In this document: positions 1 to 13,845 of the stretch, piece after piece
How the letters are laid out: the number at the start of each line of letters is the position of its first letter
Numbering within the stretch: position 1 is the first letter of the stretch
NCBI RefSeq assembly: GCF_031769215.1
Contig: NW_026782134.1
Location: 124,001 to 188,000 of the forward strand
DNA length: 64,000 nucleotides
From: Ylistrum balloti
Lineage: Eukaryota
Reading direction: 5' to 3'
Translations under genes and position numbers: made by a program
The notes under the pieces: model-generated
Database searches by the model: none
The model's input: only the letters and a program-made list of their open reading frames with translations
Told to the model about the DNA's origin: nothing

Positions 1-3000
1 ACATTAGTGCAATATCTCTATAAAACAGATATAAACAGGAGTATTTAAACGGACATGGTTAGATATTGCCCCCAACTCCTTGTTATGATTATATATACCA
101 TATATCAATCTTGTCAGCATTGATGAGTGTTTCTGTTGTCCATTAAAGATAAATAAGGTCGTTAACTTTCGCTGGAAGATTTAATGATGAATGAGTGTAT
201 GATTGTGACCATTTTATCGATCGTGTTTCAATAAAGGTATGAATACAACAGACTATAGTAACCTTTTTACTTATGACGTGGAGTAATTACAGCTACAAGC
301 CTCAGCAAAGAAACATATCCGGGATCTACTTCTCCGTGAAGTCATATAAATGATTCAGATCACGTTATAAAAAATTATATAAATAATAAATAATTATAAA
401 TAAAATAAAGAAATTAATTTATTGAAAAGAAACTATATATTTCATTTGTTAATCTAAATTTTCCAATAAAAAAAAACAACTGAATTGAGCATCGTTAATT
501 CAATGATAACGAAGAAAGGTGATATGTCGCTCTTTGATGAAATCTTGTCTGATCTTATATCTAGTTTTATAATTTCCATGAAAAGATATTAACCAAACAG
601 TGCAATGACAATACAATAATACGTCCATTCGTACTGAGAACTTAAAATTGGTTGACGAAAAAAAAACTGGAACTGATCAAAATGAATTGAATTGAATACC
701 TGTTATCATTGCCTCTTACATTCTATAAGAATCACTATTTTTAACAGACGACTATATTCCTCCTGAAGTGATATCACAACCCCTTGAAAGTGATATTATA
801 CTCCCTTGAATGTGATGTAACGCCTCTCTTCATTTTTCACATTTTGCTACTTCCGCTTATCGATGTCTTATTTGAACATAAATATTGTTGGTTTGGAAGA
901 AATGTGTTTTTTTTCCTTACGAAAAAGAATCTGGGATAAAAACTCAAATTTTCTGGATGGTGCCGTTTCCGGTTTGGTTTCCCGTATTTGTGATACACCT
1001 GCAGCTGCCGTCTGCAAACGTAAACAACAAAGCATGACGGATAAGACTGACGATGGTGAAGAATTAAGGAAAAACAAAATTGTCAACTTTGATTAGTCAA
1101 AGAAAAAAACTTCTGATGAAAAGCCTATTGTATGACCATTTTGATATCACACCCTTTCGGCCCCCTGACTGATCGGGTCAGTTTAAATCAATACAAAGTA
1201 TTCATAAGTATTAGAGGAAAGACAAAACCTAGATTACAATATGTATTTTTGAATTGCGGTACAGTCAAACTTGAGAAATACCTTTGGTACATTAAAAATG
1301 ACAACTTCCGGTTTATGTAAAATGACTTTATGTTTGACTATGAACCTCTGGTTAAGGATAATTGGATATAATCGCGACAGTTTAGTATGGTAAATTGCAA
1401 AATACAGTGTGAAATAGTATTTTTAAAGTTATGATGACTGGTTACATCAAATTGGTCACATATGCGTTTGTTATCTTTGGATTTCGGATGTTATGGATTG
1501 GAGGGAGGAAGGAAAAGAGCAGATATGGCTCTAGATAAGGATATATTAAATTTTTTATCGAAAGCAGGTTGGTCAAAAATATAAATACTAAAAAACTTTA
1601 TCTTTTTTATAAACCAAAAGGCCTATTCCAAACATTTAGATTCTTGAAAGGTATAAAATTTGAATTTTGGAAACAAAATTGCAAGTAAGCTACCGTAATT
1701 AAAAAAATAATTTGAAAGTCTTAAGATCACAAAAATTTTGAGAGGGAAACTACAATTCCTAACAAAGTTGCTATTTACAAAACATTGATGTATTGCAAAT
1801 ACCGTTCAAAATAAGCATATCAATAACCATATAATAGTCTCATACAAATAAATATAGATACTCGTACTGGCACGTGTTCCATGTAATCTGCGTGCTAGGC
1901 GCGTGGATGACGCACGAGAGCTTCTCGGCCAGTCCGTAATAATTCCGACCTAGTTACTGCGGGTTACCTGTTTGCCACAAGCATGATACTTATAGGTCCG
2001 CATTGTGTTAAGATGCCACTATTGTGAATCAAGAAAGATGGCGAAGGCCGCGACAGAGCTATACTTGTCATCTAATGATGCTCGATTAAATCTGAATACG
2101 CTCTTAATTCTTCAAACTGAAACTGAAAACTGAAGGAATTCCTTTGAGGGGACTATTTCTTTCAGTTACAGCACGGTATAAACATTTTATGAGATCAAAA
2201 ATATATAGAGGTTTTGTCTTTCAGTGTTTATTGATTATTGAAATGTTTTTTCCCCATTCTTTTTGAAATGAGACCCATTATTGTTTTATTAGCTGGCATA
2301 TTTGCTTACCAAGTATTTGATAGTGAATGCTTTGACTGTAGTTAATAACGTCTGGGAACTGCCTTATTTCGATATTTGATAGCTCGTCAGGACTGATGGA
2401 TCATGTTCTTTATATACAATGAAATTCTTGTTTCTTTCAAATAGTTTCATCTCTACTGAAAATAATAACAACAAAAGCATTACGGTTATTCTGACCGTAT
2501 ACTTCCTTACGTGTAGGTCCCTGCTTACATTTGAAAGGTAAATTTTCTGTTTGAATTGTGTTATTACTTAACAAATGAGACAAGATCAATTTTACTTCAT
2601 ATATACAACGTAGATATTCAACAAGTGATTTTTGATTTGTATATTATGAAGTTTTCATTCAGTAGAAGAAATAGGTTTGTAGTATCAACACCTGCCCGCA
2701 AGTCGCCCGAAAGGATGCCTGCCACTGACACATACTGGTGCCACATGGTCACTGACCCACGACCAACGTCAGCAACTGCTCAGGAGCAAGTTTTGAGCAT
2801 GTTAAAAACTTCCCTGTGGACCTCTCTGACTTCCATGCGCACCAGCGGGCATGAAATATTGGTGTTACTAGGTTTTTATTTCGGAAAGCTATCAATGAAG
2901 AACAAAAATCGAATAAGAAAAAAACACATTCCAGTTACGTACCTTTCGAGGTCAGGACATGACAGTCTTGATTATATATAGCGACCACGATAAGCTATGC

Positions 3001-5769
3001 GTATGGGCATTCACATATGTTCTATCTCAGTTGTATAGGCCAATAGTTCCGCAGTTCTCCTTGAAAACTTATTATCCAGTTAAACATGTCACTCATTACA
3101 CGAATGCAGTTTCGCATGAATCGTGTAACTATAAGTTATCATATGAATATTTACACTTACCCTTATCACACGTATGCGGTTCCACATGCACTGTTTACAC
3201 ATGATACTACTGAGACAGTGACGAAGGAGGATGTATATTGTTATGTGGTTGAGCGGGCCAAGCACTGCATTCCGGTATAGGACTTGTATTTATTATGTAC
3301 ATAGAAAAAGCACATACACAGAAAATTGTGATGATATATCCAGACTGCGGATAATAGTAATAACTATCTTTTAGTTTTCCATTGTATTACCGTTGCTGCC
3401 ATTACAAAACAATATAAATTAATTAATTAAAATTGGTTTTCAATGTTTATTTACCTTCCTTACAATACATCTATTTACTGTTTAGTAAATGTAATATATA
3501 CTTCATTGGAACAAGTTTTCATTTCAAAAGTCGTTTTTTGGTCAATTGGTCAAAAAGGTACAAAAAAATGAACTGCACCAACACCGTTTAAGTTGAATAT
3601 ATTTAATTTAAAACAGATGCGCTATTTGATAGGAGGATACTTTCCTAACAACAGCAAGAAGAGCAAAAGCCGTGTTCCATTCGCCATACAGACTAAACAG
3701 ATCAAAAACAGGGTAGGGGAGGAAGGGGAAGGTCCAATGCGCTCACAGTACATGCTTGGTGACCACGTCTGAAGTAAACATTCAAATGTGCAATAGTCGG
3801 CGGTTGGCATATAACGAAATTGAACAGATGTATTTTTGATAAACCTGGCGGCTTCTGATAGGTGGGAGCAATAGAAGATATTCTTCTGATCACGAATTAT
3901 GCAATATTTCACACTAACGTCGGTCACCGTGCTTTACAGGGTGCATTCCACCATGTCGGAACCTGGGCACCTCATGAGATATTACTGCGCTCGCATCTGA
4001 AATATAAAAAAAAACTATGAAGATATGTATAAATATATCATTAATTCTATTTCATATTTTCGTGAACAGATGAGAGTGAAAGAATAAATTTCAACCAGGT
4101 GTTGGAAGGCCTTAAAAGTAGTTTTTGGTAAGTATATAACGCAATCAAAACCTAATTATATTTTTAACATTATGGTCGCTAATATACTTACAACAAATTT
4201 ACGACTGCAAGCTGCCAAGATTGAATGAAACAATGTATCAGAATGCACCCAAATGCGTATTTAGGTTACGGCTCCCGAACTGTCAAACACATGTCTCATT
4301 CGCTTTTTGTAGGCTATTTACGGAATGAATGTATTCTCATTGCTTCTATATAACCCATTAAATGATTGAGATTTTTATTTCTCGTTTTCTCGTTTGGAAA
4401 TGAAAAATATATTTCGCCAGGTTTTAGATTTATACTGAAGATTTAAGTTTTAAGATTTAACCCAAATTTTGTCAGTCTGAATGGACACGTCGTTACGTAC
4501 GGTAGCTCATGCACCAACACATTAGTAAAGTGAAATATAAGGAGACTTAAACCAAATATAAAGGAATACAGAGACATTTGGTTAGAAAATAGCAAATTAT
4601 GTGGAAGAAGACAGAAATGTCAGACTACTCTGAAGTTTGTGGTGGAACGGCTGAAGATCTTGGGAGTCCAAAGTTTAAAGTCCATCACTTTAGTGCAAAG
4701 GCAACAATGTTCTCGGTCATGGCTTAAGAAGAATCACTACCTGATAGTTATTGAATCCTCGATGCAAGTATATGTAACTTGTAACATAATATGGCTGAGG
4801 TATGTTCACACTATACTGTATGCCGAAGTGCTAGAAAATTGGTAGTACTTGGGGGGAAACCTGTGTCTGTTACCAGAGAGACTACCACAATGCACTTGCA
4901 TCTTTACTGAAATTAGCAATAAACTTTGCATTATCCTTCATTTATGGAATCATCATGAGATCATTATGGGGATCCATGGTAATTCGTGATGGAGTGTTTG
5001 CGACAAATAAAATGTTAGCAACGAATGAAGAATCTGGTATAAGACGGGCTTTGTACACTTCAATATAGCATCATATCAGAGATCTGTAGCATGCTATTGT
5101 AGAAAAATATATGCGGCCGGAGCAAAAGACAAATGACTAGCGATTGAACGGAAAGACTTTAACTATAGCATTACAGTTATTTAAATATTATGGAGGACGG
5201 TCTAAGCAGTCACATAAACACACATACTGTAACAGGTGCATGTCTGATTCTAAGACAAACATTGTTTAGGGTTCTTGGTTTTTATTGTACTAAAGGTGGA
5301 TATAAACTCCCACGGGATTATGTGGGAGTTTAAAGTAAAAAAATCTCCAACAGGGACGGGACGGGCTAAGCGACGACGCATCTACAAGGAAAACCAATCT
5401 TCTCCGGCGGACAAACAGGTTCTACACCCAAGAAGGGAAAGGTGTGAAGTGCCAAGAAAGCAAGACAAGAAAGTCCGAAGAAAACCAGAGATGTTATTTG
5501 GTACTGTCCAATCAGATGTCTAATGTCAAGTCACATGTCATTACATGAATAATTAAAACACAATAGTGCAAAATGTCACTACTTGACCTTTACACAACTT
5601 GCATAACAGACTTACATTAAGGTGACATGCACCATCATATTCTATTTATTTTCATACACCATCCACACACTTATTACGAACATAAATATGACAAAATACA
5701 AATATATACAATATAAACCAATAACAAACAGTCATAAAATATTAACCTGCTACAATACAATAGTAGCGT

Positions 5770-6620
5770 GGCTGTAATGTTTGGTGCATATAGGTATTCG
5801 TGGCAAGCATTATCATATCCGTTCTTTAGCTCAATCTCGTCATTGTGAAACTCGGCATCATCAGTGCTTCCGCAACTGAAATGAAAGTTATCAGGAAATG
5901 CAAGCAGCTGTAATTATCGAGGGATTTTTACTACTGATAAAGCCCACGGTGTGCGTTACATGAGGTTGAATGCTGATATTGACAGCTTCGTTTATGCCAG
6001 AAGTTTGCAAGAAGTACAAATCTAGGAAGCTGATGTCCTGAGGTGGAATGTGTTAATCATGCATTCAAGTGTTTGTGGACAAGTTTAGAGAAGCTGGCGA
6101 ATCCTCATTGCAATCCTGGTAATCTTACAAAGTGGGTAAAAGTTAGACTTACAAAGGATATAAGATGTACCATTCGTATGAAGTCCAAGGAACCTGATAG
6201 ATCTGTTGCCATGCGAAAGTTAGAACATGATATAAGAAATTCTGTGCACCACGTGTTTTGGTAACAACTCTTAGTGTGGTGATTATTTTATTAAAAAGGC
6301 AAAATATACAAGTTGAAGCTACACGCCCATAGGAAAGTGATACTACATCTGAGACAACACTTTGTGTTCTTGCTGATCAGCAAGTGATACACTGATTATG
6401 GGCTCGGCCTGAAAAACATTACAATTAAGTAATGTATCCATAAGAAGAAGCGGAGTGGACGGTGGCATGACCTTAAAAGTGTCAGCGGGATTGATTGTGA
6501 CCATACACATCTCTTCATAAATGGTGCATTGAGGCTTTTTATCAGAGGGCTTGTTTGCAAAAGTTGGCTGTACCAAGAAATCACACCAGGACTGGAATAC
6601 GCAAGCCAGATAAACCAATA
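5770..6620 (+). mobile_element. Degenerate Mutator-like (MULE-type) DNA transposase relic
   Basis: Interrupted + strand reading frames give HQCFRN*, HGVRYMRLNADIDS (compare GDGDS), ECVNHAFK and DIRNSVHHVF, in the order I recall for metazoan Mutator-like transposases. Multiple stops and frameshifts. Boundaries approximate; no TIRs identified. Confidence 0.55.
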
Positions 6621-6732
6621 GGAACGCCATTGACATTTGATTCCCACTGAAGTCGTATTTATAAGTTTCGTATATTAATCTACATGTGATATTGCATAAT
6701 AAGTTATCCAGGTAATTTGGTATTACATCTTA

Positions 6733-6850
6733 TCGATGCGCTCAACATTAGCTTACCTTTTCCCCATTTTGTCGATGCATTCAACATATTTTTACCTTTT
6801 CCCATTTTGTGGATGTACTCAATATATTTTTCCCTTTTTCCCCATTTTGT
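6733..6850. repeat. Degenerate 38-39 bp tandem repeat, about 3 copies
   Basis: Unit approximately TCGATGCATTCAACATATTTTTACCTTTTCCCCATTTTG starting at 6733, 6772 and 6810. Confidence 0.7.
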
Positions 6851-7680
6851 ACCCAAAAACCTCCCCAGGATCAGCTGTTCAGTAAATCATCATAAGAAGT
6901 TCAAAGGAGTGAAACGAGATTCCGCCGAACAAAATACAGCTTATAAAACAGCTTGGTCATTTATGCTTGCATACAGCTATAATGAAAATTAATTAGAATC
7001 TTCTAGAATGGTCCGAGATTCGTTGATGATAATGAAATTATGATTAATTGCATTTTGATAAGAAACAATCATATCTAAAATGCTTTATTTTTATAACTCT
7101 AATATTTGGCTGATATAACCGTAATCAGGAAATTTGTGGGAGAGTGCTCAGCAAGCCGTAGATGTATAAGTTAGTTTTAATATAATGGTTATGATTACAT
7201 ATTCAGTTCAAGGAACCCCCAGGACGCAGGTGAGCGGACTATCAGACGGCGCAGACGTAGATTTTTGGAACGTCTTCGAATCATACACAAATGGACCAAT
7301 TAAAGAAGTAGTTGGAGGTAAAACCAAGTAAAATTAAGGCACGGTGTTAGAGTATGTAAAGGGCAGGAACGGCTAGGAAGGATAAGTGTCGGAGGTCGAG
7401 TCTAAAGGAGAGAAGAAGAAATATTTGTTGTGGATAACTTGCAAGAAGACCTAGGCAGTAGGAGCTTGAAATTTATGGATCTATAGGTAATTATTTTGAA
7501 TTGATAAATCTAATAATAAATATAGAGTCATATCAAATAATTTGTTACACCTATCGCATTATAAGTGGATTAAATTTTGGTAAGCTATTGTTGTGCTAAT
7601 TATAGATATGTTTTTGTGAAATCGTCAACCTTATTTTGGACACTGAGTCGAAATTCGAATATGTCGGATTATTTTCCACT

Positions 7681-7712
7681 GTCCCATGGATTTTGAGATA
7701 ACGAATTTCGAC
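7681..7712. mobile_element. Isolated terminus of a MITE related to the 8404-9234 element
   Basis: GTCCCATGGATTTTGAGATAACGAATTTCGAC resembles the reverse complement of the left end of the 8404 element (GTCCCATCGACTTCGAGTTAACGAGGTTTGAC). Confidence 0.5.
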
Positions 7713-8403
7713 GGAAGTGTTGAATGTGGGAAAAATGCTGATAAAAACATGAAAACTTTCCACACTTGTTTGACCCTCGACGTTAAGGCGAAGTTACAGC
7801 TAACCGCTCACTTCCTGGGGTGAGCAAGTTTCTAGTTTTCACTCTAATAAATACAGTAAAAAGCACTTATTTGTCCTTTGACCTTAAGGTAAAGCTCACA
7901 CTGACCCACTTATCTTGTGATGCCCGGTACATTGGGTTGAGGTATATGATGCAAATTTCATTAATTAATTTTCAATGCTTCAAAAGTATTCTGGACAAGG
8001 TTGTATTAGAACACAAATAATTTTGCCCCTCCCCTCTTCAATCGAAGGACTTGGTTTTAAACTAAAGTTGACGTTACTTCATTATATTCTTTAACACCAA
8101 AATGTGAAGACGAATTCAATATTTCATATTTTGCAGAAGCAACATGTAAGCCTGGGAACAATTAGTTCCCCTCTGGGGACATCCATACCATAGTTCGGCA
8201 TACTAGAGGGACTACTATAACCCTGTAATATGGCTGACAAAGTTGACAATTATTTTGTTGATTTGTGGATTTAATTCACTGGTGGATTGATAGTGTTCCT
8301 TTCTAACTATATATGTCCGTTTAAATCGGGAATGTGAAATGAGGCGTACAATTTCTATAAGAATATTAGTAGATTCTTATGTGAAATTTAAATATCTAAA
8401 ATA

Positions 8404-9234
8404 CAGTCAAACCTCGTTAACTCGAAGTCGATGGGACCACGAAAATACTTCGAGTTATCCGAGTCTTCGAGATAGCCGAGTTCATGAGTTTTGGTGCAAA
8501 GATTTTTTATGTTTCGAAACGGGTATGATTTCGGTGAGAAACACCCCTGCTTTTATCCCTATGTGACACTCATGACATCTCCTCACTAATTCTGCCCTAA
8601 GTAATTCGACGCTAATTAAATAATTGTTTCACTCATTTGTCGGTTTAATTGAGCACAGGTGACCGTTTCATGCGTACTCCTGTAAAAACATTAAGCCTAG
8701 TACCGGGCCAGTGTTGTGATTGTTTTCTATAGCTTAGTTCCGCTTCACTGAGTGTATACACAGGTCGGTGTTTGTTAATGCTGACAGACACGTAAATTAC
8801 GCAATGTGAGTAGAACTTCACTTTTTATCGCCGATATCTATCAATTATAAGATCTAACGGTTACCTTTTATCATTCAATTAAATAACAATAAACACTTTT
8901 CTAAAACATGAATATTGTTAATTACAGTATTGTTCATTAATATTCACTTGTAAAGCCTATTGTCGGTAAAATTGCAAAACGGCGTAGCGCATCAGCAATG
9001 TAATTGACCGGCACAAAATTTATACTTCGAGTTTTCCGATCATATTCAGTATATGTTTTGTTGTTGGGACCAAATTTTTACTTCGAATTAACAGAGTTTT
9101 TCGAGTTTTCCGAATTCGAGTTTTCCGAGTTTTGATTACTAGAATAAAGAGAAGATTTTGCCGGGACCGACAAAGTGCTTCGAGTTAAACGGGGTCTTCG
9201 AGTTTTCCGAGTTCGAGTTAACGAAGTTCGACTG
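8404..9234. mobile_element. Non-autonomous Tc1/mariner-pogo-type MITE, 831 bp, TA target-site duplication
   Basis: Left end CAGTCAAACCTCGTTAACTCGAA and right end TTCGAGTTAACGAAGTTCGACTG are inverted repeats (21/23 match). Flanked by TA at 8402-8403 and 9235-9236. Subterminal TTCGAG-rich repeats; no transposase ORF. Confidence 0.88.
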
Positions 9235-12200
9235 TAATATTACTTTAATTCCTCGCCACAAATTATTCATTAATACTCCACACTTATTTTGTGTAAAGTT
9301 TGTGGAGTAACGATACTACTTTATTGTTGAGAACATATAATCCTTCTAAATACTGCTATTAAATAGTCTTTTCTGTCTGATATGTAGATTAAAGCGTCTC
9401 AGTAATTCGACCTAGTCGTTTCAGAAAACATTTCTCTATACAAAACAATGCCGTCACACTTGCTATCTCCTTACGTATGTTATGCATATAAATAGTTTAG
9501 CTTACTTTGAAGAATATAAACTTTAACCTAGCAAGCATTCAGATAAAATTTTACTTTTTTTACTAGACGACATTGTCCTGTCAAGGACAAGCTTGAGTAT
9601 GTTAGAAGATACCCACAACTTGTGACATGTGCAGTATGTTTACCTTACAGAAACAAGATTACTTTAAATCAATTTAACTTAATCTACTTTATAGCTACAA
9701 CTTACTTTTTAACAGTGTATAATGAATATCATGCACAAATCCACACATAGTTAAATTTCACTATTAAAATAGCCATGGGGGTTGGACAAAAGTGGACTTA
9801 ATATCTGAGTGTTCTTAATAACGAAATGACTAAAACTCCCCTACGGCCACGTTTGTCCATTTTTCATAGCATTGTCTGGAAGGCATTGTTTCAATCCATT
9901 TTAAAGGTACATGAACACGAAATAGATCAGAGCAAGTTGTTCCGAATGACAAATCATTCGAGGGGTTCAAGGGCGTTAGTTGCTATATGTTGCTATCAGC
10001 CATTGGTGCAAAGCACTACAGGGACCTTTCACTTCCGTGTCTGTTGGGCTTCCTATAACGTTCAACACGACGTTATTCTTGGAAAGCAAGTTTGACAACT
10101 ATATCGCCTACTGTTCTGACATCAAGCAAAGTAGAAGACACACACGGTAACTTTGTTCGGTTTTCTGATTGGTCAGTGACATTCAATGTAAAATTAGTCT
10201 GAGCGACTTATTTTTTTTTTTAATTTTAATTTTTTTTAATTTTTATTTTTTCCCCTTTTTTATAATTTAATTGCGAAACAGTGAGGTGGCCTTAATGTTT
10301 AAGCTTACAATACAAAAACACATAGAAGACATCTTGGGACTGAAATGGTGGCGGCGAGATGTTTTTGATTTTGAGGTGCTTTTTTAAGCCAGTATTTTCT
10401 AAATGTCACAAAGCCCTTTGATCACTTAGACATTTTCATACTGATAAGAAAGTACACATTTCACAGGCATGTTGTTTATTTACCATGTCATGTTGTACCG
10501 AACTCAATATATTGAAGTTTTATGGCGACATTGTAAGAATTAAGGATTTATTCTTGAATAATGAAGTTACTTTGTGAGATAAGGAGTGATTTTATAATAT
10601 GGGTACTTTACATTGGAGTTTAAGGTCTCTGTTTTTAAAGGTTTTCGTTAATTATTTCAGCTTTGTAATTGTTTTTCTCCAGATTTGCTTTTGGTATCTC
10701 ATGCAAATCAACAACATAAAGTGAACAGCTATGTCCATTCTTTTGTTTTGTCTTCTTACATTAACTCAGGAATTTAAGTGTTTTCAGAGTTGTTTTTTGC
10801 ATTCACGATCCAAATAACCCGTGCTTTCGGAACTTTATTTTTCGAATCAGAGAGTTTAGCATAGACGTTAATTCCAACATAGATTTCTCAGAACCGTCAG
10901 TTACTACAGATGCATTATAGCGTGAATGAAAGTGACTTTGGGCAATTGCCTATTTTATTAAACGTTGCGATCTGATCATCAGACGAACGCCAATTTGCAT
11001 ATTAAAAAAGTTTTCTTCTAAGCTATTGTTGCCCTGATATTATTTAACTTATTACAAAACCATAAATAAAAAGATAACAAAAATAAAATCTTTTATTAAA
11101 AACAATATGTCTATGACTTTAGATTATCTGTTTTGTTTTGTCTTTTTGTTTTTTTTTTGGTTTTGAATTTTTTTTCCAAGTTGCAGTAGTAAGAAATTGT
11201 TTTTACCTGAACATGTACAAGTATAGATAAAAAGACGATTGTTGTATTGGTTGTAATTGGTTGTAAACTGAATTCCAACATTAGGTATGTTTGATAAGTG
11301 ATCAAAGTGAAATACCGGAAGGCACACAATTCATTTTCATTTTACTATATATCTTTTTCAATATAATTAAATATTTCATCCTTAAATAAACATTTTGTTA
11401 AATGTTCAAACAAATTTACTTGTGTTTTAAATTAGGAACATCTTAGGGATATTGAAAAATATGATTGGTCTGAGCTTTACCCATGTTCTATGTTTCATTT
11501 TATGGAATTGGAATTGAATTATTTTTAACATGATAAAAAAACTATGCATACCTGTGATAGCGTATTACTCTTCATCCCTGTGTATTTTTTCAAGTTCCTA
11601 TATAGTTTCCTAAAATGTCAATGAATAAAGTTAAGAATAAATGCTAGCCTCAAAGTTATTGATTTGTTTGTCACTGTTATCATAATAGGATATCATGGTC
11701 TACATCTAAGTAAATATCGCCTTAAAGAATTACATTCACACGTACGCACATATGTTGACATAAGAAATGTCAAATGTTAGCCCGGGGCTCATATTACTGC
11801 TGTCTTCAAACTGCTTCGGGGGAAAATAGCATAAGAAATTCAGATATCAATTAAATTGAACCGACGTATAAATGACTTTTTAACACATTCATTGACATGG
11901 CCAAAAGTTAAAAAAGAGAACAACAAACAAGCACAAGAGTTCGAAAAAACTTAAAGAATGACAACACATTTTTTTTTATTAGAAAAGCGTCATAATTTTC
12001 CATCTCTCAGAGTTACTTCCCTTCCCTTTCACTCTATCAGAGAGTTTAGTGATTTCCTTGGCAGCCGAGGAAGGACGTGAGTACCTCAGGTATGTGATTT
12101 TCTCGGAGCATCCCTAATCGATAATGTAATTGACCTATAGCCAAAATGATTAATATTGAAGCGAAGGGGAAAATATTCACGTATTGATGGTTATCAGGCT

Positions 12201-12814
12201 TTGAAATGTGCTTCACCTTAAAAAAAAAACACAAAAAAACAATTGATATGTCAGTGATCAAACATGCTAGATATAAATGATCTGATCGATAGAGATGAAA
12301 TATAAGTTAAAGCAGATAAGTGATAGATTTTAAATAGGTGAATAGTATAGTGATATAAATTACAACTAAGAATAAACCATATTAAAGATATATCTGGCAT
12401 CAACATAGTTATCATATATAATAAGTTCAATATATTTATAACAGAATGACTAAGGTAAAACCTTTTATCGGTTCAGGGTCAACACCGACACCCATATCAA
12501 ATACACATTACGTGATCATGAGTCCGTCGTTCAGTGTTAACGTGAGATTAGCGTCTATACATGGTATTGTATACATAACAGTGGATAATCTTACCACGTT
12601 AAGGCACTGACAGGTAGTTACCAAACTTGTCATAACATAAACTGCTCATATCACAGGTCAGGTTTGGTCAGCAGACATAGCATTTCCGTAAAGGTTATTG
12701 TATAATATATTTGTACTGACGAAGATGCATATGAAAATTTTTTAAGTTTCAAATTACTTACACGTATGATTATCTGCTTGAATTATATAGAAATTTGTAA
12801 TAGAAATAGAAAAC

Positions 12815-13360
12815 GGAGACTCATGAAAAAGCACAGGAGTAAGAGTCTTCTGCTTCATCGGAGGCATCCTCCATGTAAATATTGGTCAACCAAAATGTGT
12901 AACGTCAAATGATAATAATGCATACACTTGGAACCAACAGGCAAACTAACCAGTCTCAAACACACCCAATTTCATATTGTACAAGAAATATTATGACAAC
13001 CGCACAGCTTCCCCATAATTTTCATCAACCTTCATCTTTTGAAAATCCTGTGTTATGAGTTTGCCTGTCAGCTGACGACATCTTGCATGCAATTCGTGAT
13101 ATTGGGAACACATCCTTGATTATCGAATCCACTGCGTTATGTCAATACCATAGATGCAATTTGTTTGTCTCTACTATATCTAACTCTAAAACTTGTACTA
13201 AAAGCATGAAGCATATCATATAGCTTGGTATTTTCGCTGTAAAATAAAGATCGCGATAAGCGGCCGTTGTGGAAAAGTCTGGCGTGTTTTTGATTTCCAA
13301 ATCCTGGTTTGTATATGCAATTGACGATGTCAATAAACCTTGTGATATTAAAGGCAATAC
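12815..13360 (-). mobile_element. Degenerate Penelope-like retroelement 3' fragment (RT C-terminus and 3' region)
   Basis: Minus-strand translation contains DLEIKNTPDFSTTAAYRDL, homologous to ELEIKYSTDSAT in the 31730-32600 copy. Shares ACGGAGACTCATGAAAA and GAGTAA..GTCTTCTGCTTCAT with that copy. Confidence 0.6.
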
Positions 13361-13624
13361 GTATTTGATATATCTGTCGAGTCCGAGCTTTAAAATTTAG
13401 GCTCTCGACATCACTGACGAGTCCTAGAATCGAACTGAGAGTGAACTATTAGTCCCAGAACTTTGCTGTCGCGTGTATACCACGTTTTAATTCATTCGAT
13501 TACAAATATCAAATTTACGAAATTTACTGAAATGATACGGCCTTCTCATCGATATCGTTGTACAACCATATCCGCAAGGATGGTAAATGTCTCTAGATTC
13601 CTATATATATACACCATATCATTT

Positions 13625-13845
13625 GTGTTAGCATGGTAACCCAGCTTAGAGACTGCAGCTTGTTATTTGTTGTACATATCTTATAAACAAAAAACAACAG
13701 AGAAAAGAAATGTTGTCAAATGATCATTTATTCAATGACAGGAACATTTCAAATACAACCATAATATCAATCACTGTTGTTATATAATATATAGATCTGA
13801 ATGACATTAACTTCAGTCTATATGTACAACAAAAAGGTGGGGTAC
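13625..13845. repeat. About 220-bp dispersed repeat, copy 1 (copy 2 at 50419-50635)
   Basis: High-identity direct copy of 50419-50635. Contains a 14-bp internal inverted repeat (TTTGTTGTACATAT / ATATGTACAACAAA). Flanked by ATATCATTT at 13616-13624 and 13846-13854. Confidence 0.9.

Noticed and set aside
2556-3960. ORFs 2556-2981 (+) and 3622-3927 (-) in a slightly GC-richer patch
   Set aside because: No recognisable motif or consistent exon chain. Possibly old transposon debris, but I cannot support a call.
13411-13436. CTGACGAGTC...CGAA resembling a minimal hammerhead ribozyme core next to a Penelope-like relic
   Set aside because: Stem II does not close properly, GAAA is incomplete, and flanking stems were not found. 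A similar partial match on the minus strand near 62850-62890 also fails.
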